Shown here: positions 25,325 through 38,420 of the stretch, piece after piece
How the letters are laid out: each line of letters begins with the position of its first letter
Position numbering within the stretch: position 1 is the stretch's first letter
Notes under the pieces: generated by a model
Told to the model about the DNA's origin: nothing
Seen by the model: only the letters and a program-made list of their open reading frames with translations
Databases searched by the model: none
Made by a program: the position numbers and the translations under genes
Assembly: GCA_951406725.2 (NCBI GenBank)
Contig: OX597840.1
Coordinates: 36,270,001 to 36,334,000 of the forward strand
Direction: 5' to 3'
Source of the DNA: Octopus vulgaris
Taxonomy: Eukaryota
Length of the DNA stretch: 64,000 bases

Positions 25325-25612
25325 GTTTATCATCATCATCGTTTAAAGTCCGTTCTCCATGCTAGCATGGGTTGGACGGTTCGACCGGGGTTCTGGGAAG
25401 CCAGAAGGCTGCACCAGGCTCCAGTCTAATCTGGCAATGTTTCTACAGCTGGATGCCCTTCCTAACGCCAACCACTCCGTGAGTGTAGTGGGTGCTTTTT
25501 ACGTGCCACCTGCACAGGTGCCAGGCGAGGCTGGCAACGGCCATGGTCAGATTGGTGTATTTTATGTGCCACCGGCACGGAAGCCAGTCGAGGCGGTGCT
25601 GGCATCGGCCAC
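25325..25612 (-). mobile_element. RTE LINE 3' end
   Basis: (CAT)n followed by gtttaaagtccgttctccatgctagcatgggttggacgg..., the reverse complement of the 52560-52730 terminus. Confidence 0.85.
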
Positions 25613-26344
25613 GTACTTTACAAACTACTATGTACGTAACATCCCTCTATAGGAATCAACAAGGGAACTTCTGAACCGGGGATGGCCAACCTGTGGCACA
25701 TGTAATGACTGAATTAGGTTTAGTGGAGTCTGCATGTGACAGTAAGATATGTAACAGTTTGGTTAAGGTGGAAGTAGTGATCACCAGTGTAATGGTTGTT
25801 GTTGTTGCAGATGTACAACATGAAAGAAGAACAGTGATCAAAGTTGTAAAGAAATATTTATTTACTGTTACTTTATTTGAGGCCATACCTCAGCGGCCGG
25901 TGATCAATTTGTAAATCATGCAAAGTAAAGATGGATGTCGTAGATTTTCCATGTAGAGTTTGTGTTTGCGTTCTCGTCGTTGTGTAAAACTACAGAGATT
26001 GTGATGTTATAAAGGAAAGAACGTGAGCTACTGAAAGTTATGGAGTTGAGGGAAGTTGTGTCTCATCGTTGGCTGATTGGAACCTTTTTTCTCTCTCTGG
26101 CTGTTTGTTTTTTATGGCTACCTGCTTGTGGCCTTGACTCTAGTCACCTCAGTTCACTAACTGTTGTTCTCACTGACTAATTTCTTTTATTTGGCACACA
26201 GGCCATGAGACAGAGGGATCAGCACAAGGACAAAACAAAAAAAATTTAGGGGCTGGGGTTATGCATCAGTTAATTCATCTAAAAATCGAACATAATGAAA
26301 TAGGATGAATTTAAAAATTAAACGAAATATAGGGTTCGACCCAC

Positions 26345-28460
26345 AGGTTTTTTCCTTTTTTTTTTTTACTTTTTATAATAACTTTTTATTATTGTTGTTT
26401 TTTCTCCCGTTTTTTCCATTCTTTTCCATTCAGGCCGGCTACACTAGCATGGCCCCATTCACTCTCAACTTCCTTGCGACATTTGTCCCTCTTTTCTCAA
26501 ACGTTTTTTGAGGCAGGCACCTTTTGTCCAGACTGATCTTTTTGGACAGTTGGTAGTTAAAAAAAACTAGCCAAGCCATGTCCGGAGATAAAGTTGCCTG
26601 TCTCAATTCCTCTTCACGCCTCACCCATGCTGTCCAATATGGCTACTATGCAGAAAAATGATGCCTCTGTTTCCTTGTTAAAGGAGGGAGGTGGCACAAT
26701 CTTGATGATAGACTCAGTCGATAACCATACTCTTTCTGTATCTGACACCAGTTGTTCAACATAGGTTATCAGTCCCCTCAGTTCCTCACAATGTATGAAG
26801 GCATGCGTGACAGTTCCACTGACACACCCACACCTCGAGCGTGTGGGTGGCATACCAGCACCATGTCTTAACAACCTCTCTCGAACTGGCAAAGCTGATC
26901 AGTAGCGCAACATTCGAGAAGGCCTGCAGCTTGTCCAACTTGGTATCTGTGGCAACCATAATATCAATTTTATGTAACCTGAGGTCGTCGAGGAAACAGG
27001 CTTGCTTCCACTTCGAGCTCAGGCCACGCACATTCAGACAGCCTACTTAATCCAGAGGGAAACGTTCTCAGTACCACTGAGGTTGAGACCACTCCCTTCG
27101 TCTCTTCTAAGGTGGGTTCCATCGGCGGGCCAAACTCTTTGGGCGTATCTGTTAGTTCACGTATATCTTTAGGATACCTGTTTTTTTGGTCCATAAAAAG
27201 ATCTCGTGGTATTTTCGCTATACTGTTCGGGTTTTTAGAGTTACTTGTCCAAAAAATGTTACTCTTTAAATGGTGCTTAATTATCTCCATCATTGTGTTG
27301 TTCGTTTTTTTTTTTTAAACTATGGTTATCCTTTCTTCTAAATTGTGGATTATTTCCACCTCTTCTTGATGAAATAAATTTTTCCTTTTCTCTGAATTAA
27401 TCTTCTTCCTTTCCTTTTTTGGAGCCGCCTCTTTATTTGGTGACTCCGTTAACTTTTTAGGCCTTTTTCGCAACACCGTTTCAAAGTTCATTTCTTCTAC
27501 TACCGGTGTCACTTCGGTCGGTTTGTTTACAGGTTCAATTTCGCACGGTTGCCCTCTTTGTTACAACCTCTGTGACCAAGGGCACCGCCTCCTCTGTACT
27601 TCCCTCTTGTTCATTTTCTTGTGGTTTTGCCTTTTGTGGAGAGGAGTATTTTGACCACAGGTGCCCTTTTTTCCCATATTTGAAGCACTTGGGTTTCCTC
27701 CCCTCCACATGTAATGCTAACATGATATCATCTCCGAATATCTTTTCGGTTAACTTTTCTAGATCGATCATTGCAGCTTACCCCAAGACCTCCAGTGTCT
27801 GTTGTCTTCAATTTTGCGGAGCATCTCTCGTTATTTGGATTATGTCCAAGTCATTTCCACCTGCGGGTGGATATTTTGAATTTTAATCCGGGACGTTCTA
27901 CTTCCCAGATATAGTGGTAGCATCATAATGCTACTACTTTGCAAGGTTCGAGTCGATAATTATTTTGCCTTCTCAATCGACTCAGACCTTTCCTCTACCA
28001 TTGCGAATCTTGTACCACGCATTAGTTACTTTATCTGGCCCATTACTAGCCCGAGACACCTTTCAATTGTACTCTCTTCTAAGTGTTCAAAATGCATTTT
28101 GTTTTGTGTTGTATATTTTATAAACAATTGTACACTCCTCAGTCTTGTTCAAAATTTCGCCAGATGAGGGGTGTTGTAATCCTGCTTTCACCGTTTTCCT
28201 CACAAATCATTCCGCATAAAGCCTGAATTTTCTTTTTTTTTTGTAGGTCAATATTTCATTTCCTCTCACAATGGAGGCAAAATTTCTCTTTTCTTCAACA
28301 GAAGTCATTCTTTCCCCTTCAACAGAAGACATTTTCCAAAAAATTTTCACAATTTCACAAAAATAGTAATAACAAAACAAATTCCGCAATGGAGCGCAGT
28401 CTGCACAAAGGTAATAAGCAAATCCTTCACCTGTGGGAGAGAATAACAATTTCAACTATA
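26345..28460 (-). mobile_element. L1/Tx1-clade non-LTR retrotransposon with internally deleted ORF2
   Basis: ORF1 remnant with degenerate zinc knuckle CFKYGKKGHLWSKY; ORF2 start GCLNVRGL...DIMVATDTK (APE); C-terminal RCG...TVTHAFIHC; poly(A) near 26356-26367. Confidence 0.75.
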
Positions 28461-29270
28461 AATATATGTAAAAACAGTTCAACAATATTTCCCTTATGGG
28501 GAAACCACAACATAAATTAACAATTCCTGCAAGCAGGCAACAAAACACTAACCTTACAGTATGATAATAATTAACACACACTCCCAGTCAATGACAGCTC
28601 AAACACAAGGTTCTTGCTGATTTTGCTTTACCAAATTCTAGTATTTATAACTATGAAAAATCAGCTAGAAGTATAGACATATTGTTGAGAACAATAGACT
28701 TTGTTGGGGGTCTGTCATCACTGTTCTAGCTTTTGGTGAAATAGAAGAGCTTAGAAGGGTCAAGTGGCAAAGATATTATTTTGCTTAGCAAAGGCATCTG
28801 GTAAAAATGTAACTGCTACCACTCTCAGAAAAACTATTGTTTTGGCGTGAAAAAAGTGGTGTTGGACTGTTAAGTGAAATTTGGCGATCAAGGATCGAAT
28901 CCATGCCATGCCTGCATGAAGCTACTACAGACATGTATCAGAATATATTGACGAAAGGAAAAGTGGTTTATCACTGATTTATTCATGTGTCATTATTTGT
29001 CTCCCAAAACTTTGTTGAATTAGATGTATAATAAAGGCTTGTATCTGTCGGCTGGTTTTATGTGGATGGAGGAGGGTAATAATGGTAAGGCACATGCTCC
29101 AGAAAAGTTAGAATGAGTCTCAATGAAGATGCTAGGAAGTGGTAGGCATAGACTGTCAAAGAGTGAAGAAGGCACTGACTGAAAAACACCGAAGGAATTC
29201 AAATCATCCAAAAGTTAAAAGTAGATCAATAAAACAAGGAAAGTGAATGGGTTGACTAGAATATCACATA

Positions 29271-29495
29271 AGATGCTAAGGAAGTTGACGGCTGAAGATG
29301 CTGAGGAAGTTAACGGCTGAAGATGCTGAGGAAGTTAATGGCTGAAGATGCTGAGGAAGTTAACAGCTGAAGATGCTGAGGAAGTTGATGGCTGAAGATG
29401 CTGGAGAAGTTAATGGCTGAAGATGCTGAGGAAGTTAACGGCTGAAGATGCTGAGGAAGTTGATGGCTGAAGATGCTGGAGAAGTTGACGGTTGA
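29271..29495. repeat. 25-bp minisatellite, 9 copies
   Basis: Unit AGATGCTGAGGAAGTT[AG]A[CT]GGCTGA repeated with period 25 from 29271. Confidence 0.95.
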
Positions 29496-30224
29496 CTCAC
29501 ATTAATTTCTCAATGCGAATCCATGGAACAATGAAAAGAAGCTTGCAGAAACATTCGGACTGAAGTTGCAAATCCAGACTTGGTCCCTTCCTACACAGGC
29601 TGTATGTGGCCCTTTATGGTTTTGCATTTGTTTGACACATCTAATGCTATAATTATTGATTTCAAATTTTTGCAGGGAGTAAGTCAATTACATCAACCCA
29701 AGTGCTCAACTGGTGCTTATTTTATTGACCCCTGAAAGGATGAAAGGCAGAGTCGACCCTGGTGGAAATTGAACTCAATGCCATAATTATAGAAACATAA
29801 CAATTAAAATTTCATTTCTTTTTCTATCAGTCTGTCTATCTGTGGCAGTCACTCTCTCCCTCACCCCACCACTCTCTCTTTCTCTGTCTCACATATAATC
29901 ATGTTTTATCTCGATCAAGGTTTGATGGGACATCACACTGAGCATGAGGTTTGTTAAATTATTATTTCCATTTGTATTATGGCCTCATTTATGTTGAAAA
30001 TTGTTATCTCGTGAATGCACTTAACCTAGTGGTTGGGTTACATGTTATGTCCTTGATCCTGTACTCTATTTCATGTTTGTTTAGTCCAGTTGAAAATGGA
30101 CCTCACTCAGGGCCTCACTCACAACCAGTCCACAAATCGTGTTAATAGAAGATGTCAATGGCCCTTAAGAGCGAGGATACACAGAATGTTGATGATGCAC
30201 TCTAAAGTTTCCAATATCTGTGAC

Positions 30225-30640
30225 AGCCGAGAAAAATATTGGATTTGAAGCTGAATGCTAGTAATATAATTTCAGCAATGAACCCACACACAGCCACAGT
30301 AGTTCAGTATGGCTCTGGAATTGTAAAGTGGACAGAGAATGAGCTAAAGGAGTTGGACAAAAAGACAAGAAAGCTCCTAGCAATGCATGGAGCGCATCGT
30401 CCATGTGCAGACTCTGATCACCTATACATGAAGAGAGTAAATGGAGGAAGGGGACTGATAAGTGTGGAAGACTGTAAACATATCGAACTTGACGGCTTAA
30501 TGACATACCTGTCCTAAAATATGGCAACTTTGCTTGTGTCAGTTAGGGATGAGGGCATGTTGAAAGCAGAGAAAAAGGGAAAAAAGTATATAAAAAAAGG
30601 ACATGAAGAAGCACTGTGCAACAAGGGATTAAACAATCTC
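30225..30640 (+). mobile_element. R4/Dong-like non-LTR RT C-terminal fragment
   Basis: WTENELKELDKKTRKLLAMHGAH...LYMKRVNGGRGLISVED, typical of the post-RT region of restriction-like-endonuclease non-LTR elements. Confidence 0.7.
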
Positions 30641-30717
30641 TCTTTTCAGTACTCTTTTCGTCAGCCAGTTCCACTTGTTTTCCAGCAAATTCAGTTGTGG
30701 GTACATATATATATATA

Positions 30718-31973
30718 CAGGGTGGGGAAGCAAAATTTACAATATTTTGAGGCAGGGATTGAAAAACATTGTATGACGAATTAGTTTATTGAAAGTCATG
30801 AGAATTTATTTGCCACAAGAAAATGTACATAATAGAAAATGTTTTTATTCTATGTGTCCTTCTTTCTCAATAACTGCCGTCACACGCTTCCTGAATCTTG
30901 TGCAAGTGTTCCTTAAATATTTGAGAGACAAAGTCTCCCATTCTTCTTTAATAGTATCTTTAAAAGAGTCGACATTACTGTGTGATGTTGTATTGGTAGC
31001 ATGTTCTAAAACGCCCCAAATAGCATAATCCAGAGGGTTTAGATCTGGGCTAGGTGGCCATAAACATGATTCCAAAAAATTACTAAAGTTGGATTTCCAG
31101 AAATCTTGTATTTTTCTAGCTGTGTATGCTCGAGCACCATACTGTGTCCATACATAATTACCATCTGGGTAGTTTGCTTTAAGCCATTGCAATAACTGGT
31201 ATCTCAGAGTCTTGTACTAAGTATCAACATTGATATTTTCATCAGCTTTGTAGAATTTTACATGCACTTTCTTTCTATCGGAAGCCACAACACCAAAAGC
31301 CATAACTTGAGCCGGATGTTTTGTTTTGAATGTCCCCTTAACCTCAGCTGTTGATTTTGCAATAAATCTGTCATTTCTGCAGTTCACAACATCATCAACA
31401 CTGAAGATTTTTTCATCTGAAAAGATCATTACAATGGAGGACTTTTTCTTGAACCATGTAATAATTTTCTTGCACCTTTCCAATCTCTTTTCCCTCATAG
31501 CTGTTGTCAACAAGTGTTTTGGTGTTCTTGTGTAAGATTTTAACTTAGAATCATATTTTACTGCATTTCTAATGGCCTTGTTGACTACCTCAAGTTCAAT
31601 TGCCATTCTTCTCATGGATTTGGTTGGATCCTTTAGGATTTTGGTACGTTTTTGTTGATTCCTCCACTTCCAGACCTCCTCATAATAGTTTTGCTCATAG
31701 TCATTATATTATTTACATCATAAACAGTCTTTATGGACACTCCAACTATTCTTGAAGTCTCCTTTGGTGTGACAAGTGCATTCAGCAAATCACACACTCT
31801 TTGACATTTCCTTTCCTGATTACTCATAAGGGCAAAAGTTTCTGAAAAGGTAAGGATAATAGTGTTAGGTATGATTATGACGTCAATATATGCGAGGTTT
31901 CAAAACAATTGACTTTGTGCCTGCTGGGTAAAAACAACTTAATGTTCATTGTAAATTTTGCTTCCCCACCCTG
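30718..31973 (-). mobile_element. Full-length but inactivated maT (DD37D-type) Tc1/mariner transposon
   Basis: Perfect 26-bp TIRs CAGGGTGGGGAAGCAAAATTTACAAT flanked by TA; transposase in three ORF pieces (IFSDEKIF, QYGA.A, WPP-SPDLNPLDYAIW). Confidence 0.92.
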
Positions 31974-32011
<38 letters not shown>

Positions 32012-32079
32012 TATATATATGTATGTATATATATATATATATGTATGTATGTATATATATATATGTATGTATGTATGTG

Positions 32080-32110
<31 letters not shown>

Positions 32111-32534
32111 ATGTATATATGTCTCTATATATATATAAAACTGAGAATGTGTGTCTGTCTGTGTGTTTCCCTAAAACTTGAGAACTACACAACCAATTTC
32201 ATTCAAATTTTACTCATGCCTTACTTAGGGTCCACATAGTTTCATGGGCAAAAAAAATGTTCAACTTCTTGCCTAGAGCGAGCACATAGCAATATCATAT
32301 CTTCTCCACTATTTCAGTATTACGTGTTAAAAGTGAAACAAAAACATTTTTCTATTTTATGCCAGATGCTTTCGCTTTAACAATAAAAATAATAATAACA
32401 ATTGAATTATATGTAGTAAGTAATAATTAAAATCAAACTAAAGTATAATATAATCGTGACATAACAAAAGTAAAAATAGCAATTGGTATAAAATTGCATC
32501 AATGACTTGAACTTGAATAAGTGGTTTCACATGA

Positions 32535-35306
32535 ATGGACAGTTGGACAGTTTGACCGGGGTCTGGGAAGCCAGGGGCTGCACCAGGCTCCAGTCTGATC
32601 TGGCAGTGTTTCTACAGCTGGATGCCCTTCCTAACGCCAACCACTCCACGAGTGTTGTGGGTGCTTTTTACATTGCCACCGGCACAGGTGCCAGTGGAGT
32701 CTGGCATCGGCCACAATCGGTTGGTGCTTTTAACGTGCCACCGGCATGGAAGCCAGCCAAGGCGGCACTGGCATCGGCCACGTTCGGATGGTGCTTTTTA
32801 TGTGCTACCGGCACAGAATCCAGTCGAGGCGGCGCTGGCAACGGCCATGTTCGGATGGTGTTTTTTATGTGCCACCGGCACAGGTATCACAACTACTATT
32901 TCCATTGATATTTTTTCGATGTTCATGTACATGTACTTGACTCAACAGGTGTCCTCAAGCACAGCGGGATGTTCTGGGATCCAAGGTACTTTGAATGGGC
33001 AGGGGCTATGCGGAACTGGTGCAGGAAGCAGCCTGGGTCTTTGCAGTCACAGCACATCTCCAGAGATCTCGGTCCTTCGCCATTGCCTCAGTGAGATCCA
33101 ATGCTCTGAGGTCATGCTTGACTACCTCATCCCATGTCTTCCTGGGTCTACCTCTCCCCCTGATTCATTCAACTGTTTGGGAGCGGCACTTCTTCACACA
33201 TCTCTCCTCATCCATCTGTAGTACATGACCATACCATCGCAAGCGTCACTCTTGCACACCACATCTGATGCTTCTTATGTCCAGCATTTCTCTCAGGGTG
33301 CTTACCCTCTGTCGTGCACGCACACTGACATTACACATCCAGCGGATCATGCTAGCTTCATTTCTTTCAAGTCTACGCATGTCCTCTGCAGTCACAGCCC
33401 ATATTTCACTACCGTGAAGCATGGCAGTTTGCACACATGCATCATACAATCTACCTTTCACTCTGAGTGAGAGACCCTTTGTCGCCAGTAGGGGTAGGAG
33501 CTTTCTAAACTTTGCCCAGGCTATTCGTATTCTAGTGGTGACACTCTCTGAGCATCCACCTCCACTACTAACTTGGTCACCCAGGTAGCGGAAACTATCG
33601 ATTACTTCTAGTTTCTTCCCCTGGAGTGTGATGGAATCTGTTTTCTGAGTATTTGTGGTGTCTATTGTACCTGTGCATCTGCCGCACATGAAAGCTATCT
33701 TATCAGTTAATTTCCCTTTGATGTTGCTGCACCTCTTATGCGTCCATAGCTTACACTGGGTGCATCTTATGGAGTTTCTACCTACACCTTTCCTACAGAT
33801 CGAGCAGGGCCACCTGCCCGATGGGGTGTGTGCTGAGTTTGCCTTTCTGCTTACTATAACTTTGGTCTTTGCTACATTTACTCTAAGGCCCTTTGATTCT
33901 AACCCTTGTTTCCACACCCGAAATTTCTTTTCTAGTTTCAGTAGTGATTCTGCTATGAGAGCCAGGTCATCAGCATAGAGGAGCTCCCAGGGGCAACCTG
34001 TTTTGAATTCCTGTTATTGCCTGGAGGACTATGATGAATAAAAGGGGACTGAGGGGTGGGCCTTGGTGTACACCTACTTCTACCCGGAATTCTTCACTAT
34101 AATCGTTGCCAATCCTAACCTTGATGACAGCCTCTCTGTATAGGGCCTGTACAGCCCTTATTAGCCATTCGTCAATCTCCAGTTTCCACATCGACCACCA
34201 GATAAGGGATCGGGGGACCCTGTCAAAGGCTTTCTCCAAGTCCACAAAAGCTATGTAGAGTGGTTTATCTTTAGCTAGGTACTTCTCCTGCAGTTGCCGG
34301 ACCAGGAATATAGCATCAGTGGTGCTTCTACCCGGCACAAAACCGAACTGCATCACATCTAAGCAAATTCTCTCCCTAATGAGATGGGTTATGACCCTCT
34401 CTGTGACCTTCATCACCTGATCCAACAGTTTAACACCCCAGTAGTTATTTCTATCTAGAGCATCACCCTTACCCTTGTAGCAGTTGACTATGGTGCTGCT
34501 ATGCCAGTCTTTGGGTATGACTCCATTATGAACTACCTGGTTTACAATACGGGTGACTAGGCCATAGCCCACATAACCAGCTGTTTTAAGCATCTCAGCA
34601 GTGATTCCTGATGGGCCGGGGGGCTTTACCTGGTTTTATACCCTTAATTGCCTTAACTACAAGGGAGCTGTCTATTTGGATAGCTGGTCCCTCTACTGGG
34701 TCAACATTCGGCAGGCTCTCCTCCTCCCATTCATTCTCCACATTCAGCAGTCTTTCATAATGGCTTCTCCAAGCCTCTTGCTTTTCACCAACATTAAAAG
34801 CAAGTGCTCTATCATCCATGCGGACACATTTCTCTCCTGTAACATCACTATTTTCTCTCACACACTGTCTAGCGATCCGAAATACCTGTTCTTTGGTCCT
34901 CACGTCGATGGACATTGGCAAACTTCTTCTTTTCTGCTATATCTTTGGCTATGTATACCTGCCGCCCAGCCTCCCTTTTGGCTACTTGGTACAGTTCCAT
35001 GCTACCCCCATCCCTCCAGGCTTTCCAGGCCTGTTTCTTTGCACTAATGGCTTTGTCTACTGCACTATTCCACCACCACCTAACTCTAGGTCTGGAAGTG
35101 ACTTTGCACCATCCACAGACTTGGTCTGTGGCACTCAGCAAGCTGTCCCGTTGGAATTTCCAGCTACCTTCTATGTCCGACGTCTGTAGCTCCTCCTCCC
35201 TCTCATCAAATTTCTTGATGAGGATGTCCCTAAATCTCTGACCATGTGAAGGGTTCTTTAGCTTCCAAATCCTTCTTTTCTGGATTCCAAATCCTTCTTT
35301 TCTGGA
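32535..35306 (-). mobile_element. 5'-truncated RTE LINE (about 2.8 kb) with RT, PHD-like insert and 3' UTR
   Basis: QFGFVPGRSTTDAIF, AFVDLEKAFDRVPR, GVHQG..LSPLLF, LYADDL (33963-33980); broken by frameshifts and stops. Confidence 0.93.
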
Positions 35307-35322
35307 TATATATATATATATA

Positions 35323-35353
<31 letters not shown>

Positions 35354-35481
35354 GTGTGTATATATATATATATATGTATGTGTATATATATATGTATGTA
35401 TGTGTATATATGTATGTATGTATGTATGTATATATATATATACACACACACACATATATATATATACACACACACACACAT

Positions 35482-35532
<51 letters not shown>

Positions 35533-35535
<3 letters not shown>

Positions 35536-35985
35536 TGGGGCCACTGCTGTTCATAGTGGCCCTTTCAGACATGCCCTCAGTTGCTAAGATGGCCACTCTT
35601 GCTAGCTATGCAGATGACACAAAAGTCTCTCACACAATACAAAACCCTGGAAATATTGCACATCTGCAATGGGAGTTGGATACAATATACAGGTGGGCTG
35701 AGGACAACAACATGCAGTTTAATGCAGAGAAATTCCAAGCCCTGCACTACCTGACACAAAGGTGAACGACATACAGACCGGATACACTGGCCTGGGAAAA
35801 AATTGTAATTCCTGAGTCACAATCAGTGCGTGACCTGGGCATTTACATGAGCAATGAAGCATCTTTCCAAATGCATATTACTAACCTGGTGATAAAATGC
35901 AGACGGCTAGCTGGATGGATTCTCCAAACTTTCAGAACAAGAGAGAAGGAGACACTGTTGATCCTTTGGAAGACATTCGTCCAGC
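35533..35985 (+). mobile_element. CR1-group LINE RT fragment
   Basis: LGPLLF...YADDTKV...[18 protein letters not shown], and F..R....L..LWKTFV.P motifs. Confidence 0.85.
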
Positions 35986-37559
35986 CAGAGGGAAGAGAGA
36001 GAGAGAAGCAGTAAAACCTTGATATATGTTTCTCTCCCTATTTCTCATGAGCCTTGGATTCTTTCTCTATCCCTGCGTGCATTCATTTACTCATTGCCTG
36101 CTGGGCATTCATCTTGCCATGGCTCTAATGTCGACTCTCTCTGTATCTCTATTATCCTCTCATTTCTCCTCTCTCTATACAATGTAGAGCATGACTGAAG
36201 AAACCAACCAATCAGTCAATCAATCAACCAAATGACCGACCAACTATCTGCTTTATTTATTCAAAATTATTAATATTTATCGCCAAGCTTACATGGCAGT
36301 CCAGATAAATAGGACGAATGCTGTCGTTGATTAGCTCCAATTGGCCATCGCCTCTAGCTAGCTATGTGACACACAAACCTGTATCCATTATAACCTTCAA
36401 ACAGGGGAGGTCAGCAGCTTCCCCTTGCTGGTCTGGCATCCACAGACTAGTTTTGAGGTGTTTGTCTCTTATCAATATGGAATCCAGCACGCATCGCTGC
36501 TGACCGACTGTTCGAGGGATTGTTTACCTAAATTCAGTGGAATACATCCACTGGTTTTCAAAAATCAAAATATCATTATTTCTATATTTAAAATTATTAT
36601 ATAGAAATATGTAATAATCTGTTTAAACCAGATGAAAGGAGTAATGTAACCTACATTCCCATGTAGGTTTTTAATGATGAGGTCAACGCCCTAGCTATGA
36701 CACCCCATCTTCTGTCTATGTAATAATGGTTTATATATACTATTATAGAACAGATGCATAATAACCTACATTTAAAACAACAACCAAAAGAAATGACATA
36801 ATCTGTTAATATTGTTTACGCTTATTTTTTACTAGTTTTAGTCATTGGACTGTGTCCATGCTGGAGCACTACCTCGAACAGCTTTACTGAACTAATTTCC
36901 AGAACTTCTATTTTAAGCTTGGTACTTATTGGTCTCTTATTGGCGAAACCACCAAGTTGTGAGAACAGAAATATTGATACTTTGATACAATTGAGCACTC
37001 AATATAAATTCAGTATATAATATTCTCACACGTACATACAAAATAGATGTATGCATATGTATTTATGTATGTACGTATAGATAACAACACACCCCTTTAC
37101 TCTCTCTCTCTCACACACACACATATACACACACACACAAACACACATACATAAATGTTGACAAACGTACATACAAAAACCAAACGTGTGCGTGTGTGAC
37201 TGCCAACAAATACATAGATATTGAACACGGCGGGCAAGTTGTGGAATTTAACAAAGTGTGCGGGTTCAAGCGAAACAATCTCTGTAAGGTAATAATACCC
37301 TATCCTTGTCTTTCTTATCATTTATTGACATCACTTCATATATCTTGATTAACAAGTCATCGACATTGCTCAAATATTTTCAAGCATTTATCTCTTTTAT
37401 ACATACTGTAATGCTTCAAGCAAATTAAAATACACCTTTACACAATGTGTGTATATGCGTGAGCATACGTTTTTATGTGTGTTTAAATATAAGTGTATAT
37501 TCTTATGGATATATACGTGTCTCAATACAAACGTGTGTGTATATAGTTATGTTTATGTT

Positions 37560-38420
37560 CAGGGTGTTCGAGCTAAATTTGACAGTTTGCGTAAAACGAA
37601 AAGAAAACTAATAGTCACTTCCCAAATTTAAAGTATTATAAAAAAAAAAGCCAAAATCTTAATCAAAACGGTTGTGGCTGGGATAAAAATTTCCTCAAAA
37701 TGACCGCCCTCGGCTTCCACAACAGCCTCAAAATGGACCAGGAACCTAGCGCATGTGTTCCTCAATATGTCACAAGGAAAATCTCTGAAAACCTCCTTGA
37801 TCTTGACCACCTACTCAGCCTTGGTGTTGCAGAAAGAGCTGTTGGAGTCTTTTTCAACCACACCTCACACATAATAACCCATGGGACTATCAGGGGAATT
37901 TAGAGGCCAGAAATTGGGGCTGGATGAAGTAGAAATTCTCCGACAACCCCCTCCGACCCTTCCCGGAGGTATGGCAAGGAGCAGAATCCTGTCGCCTTCC
38001 AGCAGCAACTCTCTCCAGCAGGCTTTGACCACAGCCTCCAGCAGCTTCACATAGCCATCTGGGCAAACCCTAAAGCCCTTTTCAAATGTGTGGGGCGATA
38101 TCACGTCACCCTCAATGGAGACACTTGGTTTTCATGTTACATGAGACATCCCATTGGTTGTAGGCAGGTCACCTGGTCTGGATGTTGTGCAACTGGACAT
38201 GGCAGAAGTTATTTTTGTATGAGAAGATCCAAATCATCCCCGGCTCAACAAGATGCATCAGTTTGACCAGAAGACCAGACTTTCCAATCAACAAGCTTTC
38301 ATGTCCATTTTCTGTGGATATGAGCGAATGATTTTAGAACTTGCCCCTTGCACCTCGTGTACGAGTAGTGAAGGTCTTCTTTTAGAGCAAGCTTCATATT
38401 CGCAACTCCAACACCCATCT
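37560..38420 (-). mobile_element. Decayed maT-like Tc1/mariner transposon
   Basis: FWPLNSPD..MGYYV and CARF...EAVVEAEGGHFE; CAGGGTG terminus at 37560. The other boundary is uncertain. Confidence 0.75.

Noticed and set aside
29271-29495. Minisatellite as CRISPR or hammerhead array (contains CTGAAGA and CTGAGGA)
   Set aside because: No unique spacers, no GAAA box and no pairing stems.
32650-32885. CRISPR-like repeat-spacer appearance
   Set aside because: Spacers are homologous to each other, the array lies within a eukaryotic RTE 3' UTR, and there are no cas genes.
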